Shown here piece by piece: positions 25,236 through 37,437 of a stretch of DNA of 64,000 nt (position 1 is its first letter; the number at the start of each line of letters is the position of its first letter). Made by a program: the position numbers and the translations under genes. Source of the DNA: Camelus ferus (Eukaryota). The stretch spans positions 9,984,001 through 10,048,000 of the forward strand of contig NC_045698.1 of the NCBI RefSeq assembly GCF_009834535.1, given 5' to 3'. The notes beneath the pieces were generated by a model. The model searched no databases. It worked only from the letters and a program-made list of their open reading frames with translations, and was not told where the DNA came from.

Positions 25236-25315
25236 GGGGGGTGGGTATAGTTCAGTGGTACATGCTTAGCATGCATGAGGTCCCAGGTTCAATCCCCAGT
25301 ACCTCTATTTAAAAA
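25236..25315 (+). mobile_element. tRNA-derived camelid-type SINE
   Basis: A/B boxes; TSD aaaaaatag(g/a)ttaca at 25221-25235 and 25316-25330. Confidence 0.88.
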
Positions 25316-25464
25316 AAAAAATAGATTACATATACGTGTGTGGCAATAGAAGGAGAAACTATTATTAATAGTGATTATTTCTGAGACTGAGAGGTTTACT
25401 TCCTTATTTTTATGTCATCTGTATTTCCTAGGTTTTCCTCTGTCTTATTTTTATTTTAATTACT

Positions 25465-25690
25465 AGCATTACTCTTTACCTGGCCCTGTTCTAAGCACTC
25501 TATAAACAGCAATTCACTGAATCCTTACAACATGCCTATGAAGCAGTTACTGTTACTATACCTACTTTTATAAGTTAAAACATTGACAAACAGAGAAGTC
25601 AAGTTATCTACTAGAGGTCACACAGCTAATGAGTGCTAGAGCCAGGATTCAGACCCAGGAAATCGGGCTCCAGATTCTGTGTTCTTAAAC
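25465..25690 (-). mobile_element. MIR SINE
   Basis: aatccttacaaca...aggtcacacagctaatgagtgctagagccaggattcagacccagg MIR core. Confidence 0.8.
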
Positions 25691-25821
25691 TAATTTTAAA
25701 AAGAGAGAGAGAGAGAAAGGATAAAGAAAAAACATAAAGAAAAAGGGAGGAAGCAAAAAAAGAAGGAAAGAAACCATTTGCCACAAGGGAACAATACACA
25801 TTTGCTTTAAAAAGCTTTTAA

Positions 25822-26005
25822 TTTTTTTTTTTGATAGTGTTTTTTTTCTTTCAGCACTTTATTTATTTTAATTATTTTTTAATTTTTGGGGGGGGACAGG
25901 TAATTAGGTTTACTTATTTATTTTTAGAGGAGGTTCTGGGGATTGAACCTGGGACCTTGTGTATGCTAAGCATGCACTCTACCACTTGAGCTATATCTAT
26001 CCCTC
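25822..26005 (-). mobile_element. tRNA-derived camelid-type SINE
   Basis: Reverse copy; TSD taaaaagcttttaa at 25808-25821 and 26006-26019. Confidence 0.9.
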
Positions 26006-26023
26006 TAAAAAGCTTTTAAAAAT

Positions 26024-26583
26024 CAACATGGAAGCAACCTAAATGTCCACTGACAGATGATTGAGTAAAGAGGCTGTGATATATTTATACAATGGAATAC
26101 TACTCAGCAATAAAAAAGAAGTAAAATAATGCCATTTGCAGCAACAGGGATGGACCTAGAAATTATCATACTAAGTGAATTAAGTCAGACAGAGAAAGAC
26201 AAATAGCATATGATATCACTTATATGAGGAATCTAAAAAAGTGACACAAATAAACTTATTTACAAAACAGAAACAGACTCACAGACATAGAAAACAAATT
26301 TATGGTTACCAAAGGGGAAAGGGGGATAAATAAGGAGTTTGGGATTGGCAGATACAAACTACTATATACAGAATAAACAACAAGGTCCTACTGTATAGCA
26401 CAGGGAACTATATCCAACATCTTGTAAATCGCTTCTCGGCCTTTTGGCTAAGATCAAGTGCAACATCTTGTAATAACCTAGAATGCAAAAGAATATATAT
26501 ACATATGTATAACTGAATCACTATGCTGTACACCAGAAACTAACACAACATTGTAAATCAACTATACTTCAATTTAAAAAAAA
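26024..26583 (+). mobile_element. L1 3' end interrupted by a U2 fragment
   Basis: atggaagcaacctaaatgtcca...actatacttcaatttaaaaa. Confidence 0.9.
26428..26460 (+). pseudogene. RNU2: 3'-truncated U2 snRNA retropseudogene (nt 1-33)
   Basis: ATCGCTTCTCGGCCTTTTGGCTAAGATCAAGTG equals the U2 snRNA 5' end; flanked by 13-bp TSD caacatcttgtaa. Confidence 0.95.
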
Positions 26584-28577
26584 ACTTTTAAAAATCACAT
26601 AATGCCATTAAAATTGTAGTATTAAAAGAAATTTTTAAACAGAAAAGTGTAAACTGACAAAAAAATAGATAACAAAAGGAAAAGTGTAAGCTGACAGAAA
26701 AATAGGTAACATTGAAATGTCTAATACCGAAAAAATCAACTGCAGGAATCCAGAATCATACAAAGAAAATGTCTGAAATAAGAGGCTCTTAAATTTTTTT
26801 CTGAATGCTTTGTGCTGGCAGCTGCCCCTCTCAGAGCAGTCGGCGTCAAGGGGCCGCGTCCACCTCTCTTCCCTAAGCAAGTCTGGACTTCGCCTCTCCA
26901 GGGCATGCCTCGACCTGACTGGCACGAAAGTCATTTTTTTTTTTCAAACCAAGTAAAAGAAAACCAACGTGTGAAAAATGGGGGCGGGGGGAGGCAGAAT
27001 CCCCAAGCTGAAAGGATGGCAAATCTTAAGTATGCATTCAGATTCTGTAAGTTTGTCTTCTTCAAGACCAAGGGCTGAAAGCTAACCAGTGACATCGTTC
27101 TGCTGCAAAAACCAAGCAGCCAGGTGGGCAGCGGCTGCTCTGCTCGGCTCTGTGCAAGGAGGGAAAGTGCCAACCTGAATGGGTCCCTTTCTAGACACAT
27201 GCTCTTCAGGTTGACCAGACCTGAGGGCTCAGGCTGGGGTTCAAGGAAGAGGAAGGAAAAAGGGAGAGGAGGGGGTTGGGGGGAAGAAACCTGGAGGATC
27301 AAGGAAGAGCCGTGAGAGGGAGGAGGGGGAGGCAAGACAGAAAGAGATGGGTGGGGAGGGGGGCCGTTTCATTTTTCTACAACTGGGGTTCACGTGTCGA
27401 GGAAGGGGACCCAAACAAAGGTTGAAACTCATGAAGCCTCAAACCAAAAAGAGCACTATTTCTTTCTTGTCCTCTGTCCCTAAGTGAGGACTTCAGGCAA
27501 AAATCATCTACAGAACAGATGCCTGGGTCTTTATCTCTTCAAAACCTGATCAGGGAGAAACTTTGCAAAGAACTTTGAGTGTCCCATGTAACAAGCAGTC
27601 ACCCAAATCCTTTCTTCCCCGGCAGTCCCCTCCAGCACACAGAGCAGGAACACGCAGACCTCGTTAGAAAGTAATCTTAATATAAAGAAAGCAAGTGCCA
27701 TTTAGGCCAGGAAAACCCAAGCCCCAGCAGCGGCAGTGGTGTCACAGAACCCTAAGGAGTGTGACAGAAGTTCACTGGCCCGTTCAGCTCCCAGAATATC
27801 CAGCCTCCAGGAAACAGGTGTTGTTTAAATAGTCAAGGACTGAACTGTTTCCAGATCACTGTCCCTGGGAGCTCTCTGCTCCACTCCACAGGGCCAGTGG
27901 TTGTCTGGTGGTTCCTACTTGAGTTACAGGAAACAGGAATTGCTGAGCTCAAATGAACAGCTTCGAAGAGCCTTCAGAGAACATCCTTAAACCCCAATGT
28001 TCTGCACATGCTGACTGATTACCGCCCGCCACAAACACACTAATCCCACCGTGTACCCCAGACCCCAACCCAAAAAGTCCACCTATTCCCAGATTACCCA
28101 CAAAATTTTACACGGTGTACTTAAGAAATTCAGAGAAGGATGGAGATAAAGGTAAGAATGAAGGAAAATCTATGGTAGCTCTTTGCAGAATGTTTGTGTC
28201 ACTGTTCCAAAAGATCATTTGCACCTCAGCTTTGCTCTTAAGCCCAAAACAGATGAACACTTTAACCTAATGTCTTTATATTGATTCATTTACCGGTGAC
28301 GTACTGGACCCTGTTTTGTCTCATTTTAGTGCCGGTGGCCTAACAACTTGACTTTAAACGTCTATTTTTTTAGAAATTTCACTGCAAGAATATACCTGTA
28401 TATTCGGGGGATTCCCTCATAACGGAGCTGTACTTACATAACATACTTAATGAAGAACCACCAAGTTATTGGTACCCTACTCTCATCTAACGTTATTTCC
28501 CAATACTAAAAAGAGATCCAAAAGGTAAGAATACAACATTAGCCATTTTTAAGTCTTTATAGTAAGATTTAAAATAT

Positions 28578-29562
28578 TACACAACTTAATAACAACAACA
28601 ACAAAAACCAATCCAAAAATGGGCAGAACTTAACAAGCATTTCTCCAGTGAAGACATACAGATGGCCAATAGGCACATGAAAAAATGTTCAAAATTGCTA
28701 ATTATCAGAGAAATGCAAATCAGAACTACAGTGAGGTATCACCAGTCAGAATGGCCATCATTAAAAAGTCCACAAACAATAAATGCTGAAGAGGGTGTGA
28801 AGAAAAGGGAACCCTCCTACACTGCTGGTGGGAATGTAGTTTGGTACAGCCGTTATGGAAAACAGTATAGAGAGGCCTCAAAAAACTAGACTTACCATAT
28901 GATCCAGCAATCCCACTCCTGGGCGTATATCCTGAGGGAACTCTAATTTGAAAAGATACTTGCACCCCAATGTTCATAGCAGCACTATATACAATAGCCA
29001 AGACGTGGAAACAACCTAAATGTCCATCGACAGATGACTGGATAAAGAAGTTGTGGTATATTTATACAATGGAATACTACTCAGCTATAAAAAAAGAATA
29101 AAATAATACCATTTGCAGCAATATGGATGTATCTGGAGATTGTCATTCTAAGTGAAGTAAGCTAGAAAGAGAAAGAAAAAATGCCATAAGATATCACTTA
29201 TATGTGAAATATTTTTTAAACAGAAAAGAAAAGAAGACACTAGTGAATTTATCTATAAAACAGAAACAGACTCACACAGACATAGTAAACCAACTCATGG
29301 TTACCAGTGGGAATGGGAGTGGTAAGAGATAAATTGGGAGTTTCAAATTTGCAACTACTAACTACTGTGTATAAAACAGATAAACAAGTTTCTACTGTGT
29401 AGCACAGGGAACTTGTAGTAACCTATAATGAAAAAGAATGTGAAAAGGGACATATGTATGTATATGCATGACTGGGACACTATCCTGTACACCAGAAATT
29501 GACACATTGTAACTGACTGTACTTCAATAAAAATAAATATTTTAAAAATAAATAAAAATAAA
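28578..29562 (+). mobile_element. L1 ORF2 C-terminal remnant plus 3' UTR
   Basis: Translation [27 protein letters not shown] is the L1 ORF2p C-terminal motif; frameshifted; ends in A-rich tail. Confidence 0.93.
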
Positions 29563-32108
29563 ATATTAGCTCACTGGGTATATACTGACATACAGTTTCT
29601 GAAACATAACTAAAACTCCCAGGGTGAACCTTAGCCTCTCCTAAACGAACTATCACTACGGCGGCCACTGGGTAACGACCCGATTCCATCTTCAGCTGCC
29701 TTCATTATCCCAGAAACACTAAAGCTCTTTTTCTGAGAAGTGGAAATCTATTTCTGTTACTCATTAACACCCTTACAGGACATGTAAGCCAATGAAAAAG
29801 CAATGAGAAGTCACAGGCACGGGGTCTGATCAATGTCCTCCATGACGAGCCAGTGGGCACCCAACTTTTCCCTCAGTGGTACCGGCGTACACGTGCTTAG
29901 CTTTAAAATGGAGAATCTAGAATTCTAACAAAGATACAATTAGGTCCCAAAGTCATTATGAAGTTAATGAACAAATATAACCACGATGCAGATGCTACAA
30001 CAATCCCGGAAGTTAAACAGCCTGTGTTTTTCTTCCGCTCTCTGAATGTCCTCTGTAAGCAGGTGGAACATATTTTCAAGGTAAGTGAGGTGACCAGGAG
30101 GCAGTTCTCGTTTTTAAGTTTCTAGGTTTCCACAAGCCTGAGAAGGGGGTACTGAATACCCAAGAGTTCCGAGATTAATTTTCTTGGCAAAAAGAAAATC
30201 AAATATTCCACCCATTCTATGATCAACTGTAAAGGGAACAAAATAGAGATTACATAGAATTTGGTCTCATGAAAAGACTATTCAGTTAATAAACCTTTTT
30301 AATTCCCTAGTACACTTAGCATGGGGCTAGATACATACAGACATCGATGTTTCCGCTAATAGCATAAGGGCACAGAAAAAATGAATCCTATCATCCTCAA
30401 AAAAGGTTTGAAAATCTTAAGCATGGCCACAGAAAGAAACCTGCTTCATGGGTGGTTCTGGAATCAGCTTCACTAATTTACAGTCACACCCCGGGGCAGC
30501 GGGATACCCGGAGAGACTACGATGCACTAGCCTCTAGAGGCTAGAAGAACCTGGCCCGAGCACCCACTCCATGCCTTTCCAAGACTTCACTGGACCCTCA
30601 AGGGGCTGAAAGGCTCAAGGTCACCTCCAGTTCTGACTTCTTCCTCTGGGGGTCCACGTGTACCACACAGCCCAGTGCTCAAATTCCAGGAAACAATGAA
30701 GTAGCATGTGAATACAATGGACCCCTCAGAGCAAAAGGGGGAATACAGTTTCCAAATGAACGGCAGGCATCCCCACTCTCGGGCTCCCTGCTCATCCCTC
30801 GCCTGGGGGGGGGGGTCCCACCACGACTGTTCCACCACACTTGTCCCAGCCTCCATCTCCAGGCATCCCCCAGCCTTGCTGCCTAGGGCATCCATCTCTC
30901 CGCCACCCCTTACCCACCCAGACAGTGAACTTGCTGTAAGCTGTTCTCCTGGGTTGTTCTGACTTTGCCCGCAGATCTCTTCTCCGATCTCTAGTGACTT
31001 AACAGGAGTTTGTTTGCTTTTCCCAAAGACAATTTCCTCACTCAAAAGGAATTCTGCCATTGATATAATGAATTATGTGCACTGACCTTCCTGGAAAACT
31101 ACTATCATCAATTCTATAATGGCTGAAACAGTAGGAGACATTAAAGAAATGCAGACCTTTCAAATCATCACTGTAAGACGCTTCAGCGAAATAGTCACAC
31201 CATAAACAAAGACGGCAGAGTAGAATCCTGTTGTAAGATGACTCACTCCACATCACAAGTGTGAAAAGATACCTAACCCAGACACAACAGCTATGTATAA
31301 TCAAAGCCCACTGTGACGTGGAAAATAGGTTAACCGTTCTTCTGCGTTTTTACTATAAAGGAGCCACCATAGGGCTCACAGTCTCCTCCACTTACAGGCT
31401 TCGATGGAAAAGGAGGCATAAGAGGAAGGTCCTCAACTTGAGAGCTCTTTGCCCAGCTCTGCCTCTTTGCTCCCAGACTGCTGCTCACCTAATCCGTCTG
31501 TCTGCTGCCATTACCACATTTGCCTGTAACATCTCTTCCTCCTGTGTGGCTAGCTGCTCGCCTCCTTAGGTTCACTCGGAACTGCTGTGCGAGTTCACGG
31601 CCACAATCCATCTTCAGCAGCATCTGTCCATCACCATGAGTGGCAGCAAACTTGGAACAATGCAGCCAGGCTGACCACGTTCCAGGAACTCCCAGACACA
31701 AGCTCATCATCTGCAAGTGGCTGATGGAGGCCAGTTTGAGGCTTTGCCCCACATTGACCCCCCTGCACTGTTCAGGCCACGATAAGCACCTGCATTTTGT
31801 ACTGAGTCGGTTTTCATTTTAACTTGTCTGGGATTTTCAGCAGCATTTGACATGCTGGTCTTCCCAATGAGATGGTTAAATCTTTTTGAGGACAAAGACC
31901 CATACCTTCGGTCTCTTTCAAGTCTCACACATCGCCTTGTAGAGCATCTACTACCAAAGCCAGCCAGAGGGAAAATCGTGCTGAAGGCAAAATTAGCCGC
32001 TGGTTCCTTTCTTCCTTCCTTCCACCCCCTTTCTCCTTCTCCCCTCCCATCCTTTCAGAGCCAAGATCTCCCAAGCCACCCACAAAAGCACTTACTTAAG
32101 CCAATGGT

Positions 32109-33235
32109 GGGGGTGGATCTTGATTAAGTGGGTCTGAGGTTTATGCAAATCGGGAGTCCCACATTAAGAAATAAAACACAGAATTATAGACACAAAGTTA
32201 GGCATTAAAGTGAATATTTAACTAGAAAGAAAAAACAAAATAGAAAAAAATTACATTTTTAAAGCTGGCAACACAAAAGCCAGGAAATAAATAACAGAAT
32301 ATTTGTATTAACTTCCTGGAAGACTTCTATGTCAAATAGATACGCATATAGAGAAATATACCTGTGGTTTTGGCTGCAAACTCTCTGTCTCCTCTTATAC
32401 AACTTTGCAGTATTTTCCATAGAACGAAGACAAAGATAATCTAACCCTTCCACCAGGAGGGTTGATAGAAATTTGTCTTTTATTATGGAGAGGTGGGATG
32501 CTCAAAACATGTAAGTTCCCAAACAAACGCTATTTACAGTACAGTTTACAGATATGTACCCTACCAACATGGGATTTTGATCACTTCTATTTTGCACAAT
32601 TCCCATCATAAAAGAAAAAAATGTATAGTGTGTTTATAATTGCATTATTACATTATGAAGAGCAGTCATGACAGAACAGAATGTACATTTTTGGGTGTAC
32701 ACGGATGAGAACCAAATCCTCTCCACTGTGGGCACTTTTGATCATTAAAAGTGTTTCCCTAGACTAGCTTCTGGCTCATCCATTTCAAACCTAGTCTCTC
32801 CTCCAAGGACCACATCCTTCCATGCTGGGCACCATAAAATACTTTCACATTCATGTGACCTCAGCCCTGGACCTTTAGGTCCCGACTTAGCAGAAGGAAT
32901 GACTGTAGTGGAGACACACAGCAAAATGTATCCGTGCCATCACTTTAACATAACCCCAAACCCCATAGGAAATGTCTTCTCCACTCAGCTTCCCCTGAGC
33001 TGGATCTTAAAAATGCCTGTGGCCATTCCAACTCAACCCAAGAATAGGGGAACTTAATGAAGGTGAAGTTAAAGTGGAAAGAGACAAACATGATTCTTCA
33101 CCCACTGCCCTTAAGATACCTCACTTCTGCCAATTGTACAAACACACACCTCCATTGAGCTCATTGCTTGGCCCGTCCCATGAAAGTAGGGAACCTGGAA
33201 CCTAATCTTCGTTAGTTTCTCTGGGAGCCACCCCT
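32109..33235. mobile_element. About 1.1-kb hAT-type fossil with MER53-like ends
   Basis: Starts gggggtggatc...gtgggtctgaggtttatgcaaatcggg...ttaagaaataaaa and ends ccacccct (inverted termini). Confidence 0.55.
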
Positions 33236-33269
33236 AGACCATCCTCTCTGCGTGGGGAACATGAATAAC

Positions 33270-33400
33270 ACCTGTTAAGTAGGTGCCTTCTCTCACACTG
33301 TATTTCACATCCACTAGCTCATTTCATCCTAACCATCACTTTGTGAGGAAGGTAACATTTCCATCTTATAGATGAAAACACTGAGGTGCAAAGAAGTTTC
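33270..33400 (-). mobile_element. MIR fragment
   Basis: ctcatttcatcctaacc...ccatcttatagatgaaaacactgaggtgcaaagaag. Confidence 0.65.
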
Positions 33401-33636
33401 TCAGAGGACATCCAAAGTACTACTGACATGATTGCTTCCAGGGAGGAAACGAGCAAGCAGGGCTGGGATAAAGACATGCTTTGAACTGTACACTCTTTTA
33501 TGTTATTCGAGGGGGTTTTTTTTCCTTTTTTTTTTCTGTGATCATTAACTACTTTTTAAATTTAAAACTATAAATTTTAAAGAATAAGAATTCATACTAA
33601 GAGGGAAATTACTAATAGATTGATGCATTTTATCAC

Positions 33637-34288
33637 TGCTTTATGTTAAATCATGTCCCCCCAAAAAAAGATTATGTTGAAGACTTAGCCCCCCCAATAC
33701 CTCAGGACATGACCTTATTTGGGTATAGAGTCCTTGCAAATTGAACCAAGTTAAGATGACATCATTGGGATGGTCCCTAGTCCAATAAAGCTGGTGTCCT
33801 TATGCAAGGTGGGCATTCTTCCCATTGAGTGGTGGGGTCTCTCCCCTCAAAATGAGGAGGGAGGAAGTCGTGACTGTTTGACCAGCAGATCACAGTAGAG
33901 GTAGCTTCTGTGTTTAGGTCGTAAACGTGACGCTGGTTCTGCCTTGTGTTCCAGAATACTCGTTCTCACAACCTTTCTACCACCGTGAAAGCAGCCAACT
34001 GTCCTGAGGCCACCTTGCTGTGAGGAAGCCCATCCAGAGAGACCCACCACGTGGAACCACGTCTCAGACCGGCTGTGTCTGATCTGCTACACAGGAGGAG
34101 AGAGAGATGCCTGTCCAGCCTCAGCTACTCCGGCCCCTCAGGCCACAGAGGAGACCCTCAAGCCAGAACCACCAGCTCAGCCTGTTCCTGGCTTCCTGAT
34201 CCATGGAAACTGGAAGAGTAATACAGTGATTGCTGTTCTTTTAAGCAACTAAGTTTGGGAGAGATCTGATGTGCAGCCATGATAACCT
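33637..34288 (+). mobile_element. MLT1 (MaLR) LTR fragments, probably two subfamilies abutting
   Basis: tgtccccccaaaa...tgaccttatttgg...agttaagatga, then ttcccattgag...gaggccaccttgctgtgaggaagccc...ttttaagcaactaagtttggg. Confidence 0.7.
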
Positions 34289-35164
34289 CCCATTTTCCAG
34301 AACTTCCTCTCTCATTAGAAAGGAAATGCAGCTAATATTGCTGCTTAGTGCCTGTCTAAACATCATTTTTTGTGAAATAGGGATGTTAAATCTAAGTGAA
34401 GGTTTCTCCTGGCCCAGCTGTTGCTTGTCTGAATGGTAACAACCACCTTTCTGCTAAGTCGGCTGAGTTCCCAGCACGGTCCCTGACACTTAGTTAACTC
34501 TCTTTTGGGAAAGCTGACAGAGTCAGCGATGATTCCTCCCTCTGGGCAAGGCCTTGCTTTGCTTCTTTAATGAGCAATAACACGGGTACTTCAGGACACT
34601 AGTGCATCGTAAGTTCTTCTATTCTTTACCCCCAATAAGCTAAACAATGTTCAGAAGTGGCTCACACAGCTTTCAGCCCTCCAAGAGTAAAATGTTTTAT
34701 TTTTTCCAATATTCAAGCAATCAAAGGAAGTCCATGACCTCTCCCTTGGGGATGGACACAGGGGGCTTTGCCCCCATCCCACAGCCGAGGCTTGTTGGCT
34801 CAACCTGCAGGCTGCTTCAAGCAAGACGGACATTCTGACTCTTCCTATTATCTCCCCGGGGGCAAAAATATTGGCCATGGGATCCGATCGTAACTCTTCT
34901 ACCCGAGCTGGGGTAGGAACAGTGGCAGGCTTTCTTTAAATGACCTTCCTAAAATAACATAAACCCGGGGCGGACCTAAACTTTGTCAGGAATCTGACAA
35001 ACATCACATGTTCTCTCTCCTTTCTCAATATGTACAATCCACCTCCGGCAAGACAGGCCCAAGTTATTTACACAAGTTGCTCAAAAACAGTAGGCAGTGG
35101 TCACGATTTATTGATCTCATTTGGTCCCCAAAGAAAAGAGGAGAATAGCCATTAATTGTGTGGT

Positions 35165-35790
35165 TGTAACTACGCAGGTCCCTATGGGGCTTTCCCAGAA
35201 CAGACCCCTGCAACCCACTGCCATGTCCTCCACCTACCTCTTGTTTGTAGAAAAACTTTAGCCTCCTAAAGAGTTTCAAAGAGTCAATTTAATCAGAGAA
35301 GTGAGAAAATGCAGAAGAGAAAATAGCCAAGTAAAATAAAATAATAGTTTAGCCATTAAACAAAGTCAAGGACCTTTAGTTCCTCCTCAAGGGCTACAGA
35401 TAACATTCTAAGTCATAGGCTTTGAGCTGTTTTGCAGATACTAAAACCCTCACTAGGTGGAAAACGTTAACTGTATGCCAACCATAAGCACAGAGACCCC
35501 AGACCAGGTGGAACCAGGAGGCTGACAGTGTTGACTCCTGATGACCTCACCACCAACCAATCAGAATATCCACGAATGGTCACACACTCTACAGCCCCCC
35601 TCCCTCACCCCATCTTTAAAAATCTTTCCCTAAAAGCCTTCAGGGAGTTCAGGCCTTTTAAGCACTAGCTATCTGGACTCACTGCTTGGTGCCCTGCAAT
35701 AAACGCCGCACTTTCCCTCACGACAACCCAGGGTCAGTAGATTGGCTTTACTGCGTGCAGGTAAGCGGACCCAAGTTTGGTTCAGGAACA
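35165..35790 (+). mobile_element. ERV1-type solo LTR
   Basis: TG...CA termini, ccaatc, tttaaaa TATA-like box, aataaa; 4-bp TSD tggt/tagt. Confidence 0.85.
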
Positions 35791-35869
35791 TAGTGAGTGT
35801 AGGGGGAACCTGAAAATCATAAAGAGGAATTTGAGAAAAGGGTCTGCCAGAAAGCATGAGATATATATT

Positions 35870-36040
35870 GTAGGAGGAGGAAAGGAAAGGAGGGAGGGAG
35901 AAAAAGAGGAACAAGGGAGGGGGAAGGAGGCAGAAATGAGGGAAGAGGAAGAAAAGCAGGAATGAAGAGAGAACAGAGGGAAGGAGGGAAGAAGGGAGGG
36001 GGAGGGAGGGAAGGAAAGATGGAGAAAGAAAAGAAAGGGT
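35870..36040. repeat. GA-rich low-complexity purine tract
   Basis: About 170 bp of almost only G and A on the + strand. Confidence 0.85.
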
Positions 36041-36818
36041 CATATTCCCCAGAGCACTTCCACCACTAAACAAAGTAGGTGTTTTAAATAAGTGTTTTTT
36101 TGAATTGAACTGAACTGCTCAAGTATCCTCCAATTCATCTTTCCTACCTCAGACTCACTCTTGAAGCATTTTCTCTAGAGAGGATTTGATACAGAAAGAA
36201 AGTGTTCATTCAGATCCCAACCAATAAACCACATGTGAGACCTGGCTACGCGGTGGACCTGGCCCTGAGGGGAAGGGACACACTGATCCAGGTCTTGAAT
36301 GCTGAACTCCTGCCAGCAGTGCCATTCAATACCCTGGGAAACCCACGTATTCCTGATAGGCAACTTACTCTTGAGTTGAAGCTATTGGGTTTTGTTCATA
36401 AACAAAGTCATAAGTGAGCAGTTGTTCCGCCCTCTTTTTGTATATTTGTCAAAAGTAAAGGCTACAAGGAGTAAAGCCAAATGCAAACAGCAGAGAGGTA
36501 TAAATAAACAGCCAGGGGGCTCTGTGCCAGGAAAGAGCTTAGCATGACTAAAGAAGAAAACGTAACAGGTACACTTCCTCCTGACATTTCTCAGGCAGCA
36601 GGAACCAATTCCTCGAAATAGCCATATTCACAGCAGCCTTGTTCTAACGCTACACTAGCCTCAGGCAAGGGAGAAGGGCAGGGGGCTGGGGTGTCCTCTT
36701 GCCTCCCCAGGGAACTGAAAGCTCTGCAGAGTCACATTCCCCAGCTGTAACAACTCATATGCTTCAGTGTCCACTTGTTTCTATTTTTCCTAAATAATGT
36801 AACTGCAGAAATCCATAT

Positions 36819-37437
36819 TGAAACTGAGTAGAACCTTGTAGGACCCTCCGGGGTACAAAAGCCCCTCCGTGTCTCCCCTCTCTTGTTTGTAGGAAAGGTT
36901 TTAGGACTTCCCTGAGTTTCAAAGAGCAGACTTAAATAGTTACTAATCAGGGAAGTGAACAAATACAGAAACAGAGGAAAAGAAGCCAAGAAAGAAAAGT
37001 AATGATAAGTTAAACAGAGTCCTGTTCCTCCTCAAGGGATATGCATAACCATCTGACACATATCTTTGAGCTGTTCTGCAGGAACTAAGACCCCCACCCA
37101 GGTGGAGGATGGTGACTACATGCTGATCACAAGCACTTACCCTCAACAGTTTGGAACCAGAAGGTTGATGATTAAGATTCCCAAGAAACAGCACCATTAC
37201 CTCTCCACCAACCAATCAGAAGCAAGTCCACGAGCTGCAGTCCTCACCCTAAACGCTGCCTTTAAAAACTCTTCCCTGAAAGCCATCGGGAGTCCAGGTC
37301 TTTTGAGCATGAGCTGCCCATTCTCCTTGCTTGGTGCTCTGCAAATGAACGCTGTACTTTCCTTCCCCACAGCCCAGTGTCAGTAGATTGGTTTTGCTAT
37401 GTAGTGGGTGAGCAGACCCACGTTCAGTTCAGTAACA
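36819..37437 (+). mobile_element. ERV1-type solo LTR, related to 35165-35790
   Basis: TG...CA; shares ctcttgtttgtag, ttcctcctcaaggg, caccaaccaatcagaa and tcagtagattgg with the first LTR; TSD atat/gtat. Confidence 0.85.

Noticed and set aside
26428..26460. Functional U2 snRNA gene
   Set aside because: Only 33 nt, no Sm site or snRNA promoter context, flanked by a TSD
35165..37437. A single provirus bounded by two LTRs
   Set aside because: Separate TSDs, clear LTR divergence and no gag/pol/env-like sequence between them
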